From positions 1,674,001 through 1,738,000 of the forward strand of contig CATNEN010000039.1 in assembly GCA_950097015.1 (NCBI GenBank): a DNA stretch of 64,000 nucleotides, read 5' to 3'. The position numbers and the translations under genes are program-made. The notes below the pieces were generated by a model. The model saw only the letters and a list, made by a program, of their open reading frames with translations, did not search any database and was not told where the DNA came from. The stretch comes from Macrostomum hystrix. Taxonomy: Eukaryota > Animalia > Platyhelminthes. Shown here piece by piece: positions 63,001-64,000 of this stretch (positions within the stretch are counted from its first letter, which is position 1; every line of letters begins with the position of its first letter).

Positions 63001-64000
63001 CATGTATTTCAGTGAGATGAACATATCCTTCAGTGAGATGCCCATATCCTTCAGTGAGATGCCCATATCCTTCAGTGAGATGCCCGTATCCTTCAGTGAG
63101 TAGCACATGTATTTCAGTGAGATGTCCATATCCTTCAGTGAGATGCCCATATCCTTCAGTGAGATGCCCATATCCTTCAGTGAGATGCCCATGTCCTTCA
63201 GTGAGATGCCCATATCCTTCAGTGAGCTGCCCATATCCTTCAGTGAGATGCCCATATCCTTCAGTGAGCTGCCCATATCCTTCAGTGAGCTGCCCATATC
63301 CTTCAGTGAGTAGCCCATGTATTTCAGTGAGATGAACATATCCTTCAGTGAGATGCCCGTATCCTTCAGTGAGATGCCCATATCCTTCAGTGAGTAGCCC
63401 ATGTATTTCAGTGAGATGAACATATCCTTCAGTGAGATGCCCATATCATTCAGTGAGTAGCCCATGTATTTCAGTGAGATGAACATATCCTTCAGTGAGA
63501 TGCCCGTATCCTTCAGTGAGATGCCCATATCCTTCAGTGAGATGCCCATATCCTTCAGTGAGCTGTCCATATCCTTCAGTGAGTAGCACATGTATTTCAA
63601 TGAGATGCCCATATCCTTCAGTGAGATGCCCGTATCCTTCAGTGAGTAGCACATGTATTTCAGTGAGATGAACATATCCTTCAGTGAGATGCCCATATCC
63701 TTCAGTGAGATGCCCATATCCTTCAGTGAGATGCCCGTATCCTTCAGTGAGTAGCACATGTATTTCAGTGAGATGCCCATATCCTTCAGTGAGATGCCCG
63801 TATCCTTCAGTGAGTAGCACATGTATTTCAGTGAGATGTCCATATCCTTCAGTGAGATGCCCATATCCTTCAGTGAGATGCCCATATCCTTCAGTGAGAT
63901 GCCCATGTCCTTCAGTGAGATGCCCATATCCTTCAGTGAGATGCCCATATCCTTCAGTGAGTAGCCCATGTATTTCAGTGAGATGAACATATCCTTCAGT
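60020..64000. repeat. 21-bp satellite (atccttcagtgagatgcccat)n, at least 4 kb, runs off the window end
   Basis: Tandem array; source of the SLKDMGI and LTEGYGH pseudo-ORFs. Confidence 0.97.

Noticed and set aside
59893-63990. 1365-aa, 1035-aa and 690-aa repetitive ORFs
   Set aside because: A 21-bp unit is open in several frames on both strands; there is no signal peptide, unique domain or codon-position bias. This is a satellite artefact.

Overview
Eukaryotic (metazoan) genomic DNA with GT-AG introns, GC-rich exons and very many intronic minisatellites. The style resembles a repeat-rich invertebrate such as a free-living flatworm, but the species cannot be fixed from sequence alone. Hand-spliced gene models give: (1) three tandem, co-oriented ADAM metalloprotease-disintegrin genes (<681-8008, 12680-28615, 30308-37625), each with prodomain, furin site, intact [12 protein letters not shown] site, disintegrin, Cys-rich, EGF-like, TM and a distinct tail; (2) an intronless, roughly half-size, frame-disrupted neprilysin (M13)-like gene; (3) a type II membrane GT31 glycosyltransferase-like gene lacking the DxD motif; (4) a minus-strand class I SAM methyltransferase (JHAMT-like). 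Mobile elements are a decayed Ty3/gypsy in an ADAM intron, a truncated Tc1/IS630-type transposase, a 3' fragment of a non-LTR retrotransposon, and an intact, very young BEL/Pao element (identical 288-bp LTRs, ATAAG TSD). About 25 tandem arrays explain most long repetitive ORFs in the track. The main leads are inverted minisatellite arrays bracketing an in-frame 336-nt exon block of ADAM-3, the DxD-less GT31, the mini-neprilysin, near-RGD disintegrin loops, and a TAGGCCTA-rich, CpG-poor domain. Exon coordinates were read by eye and need RNA-seq confirmation.
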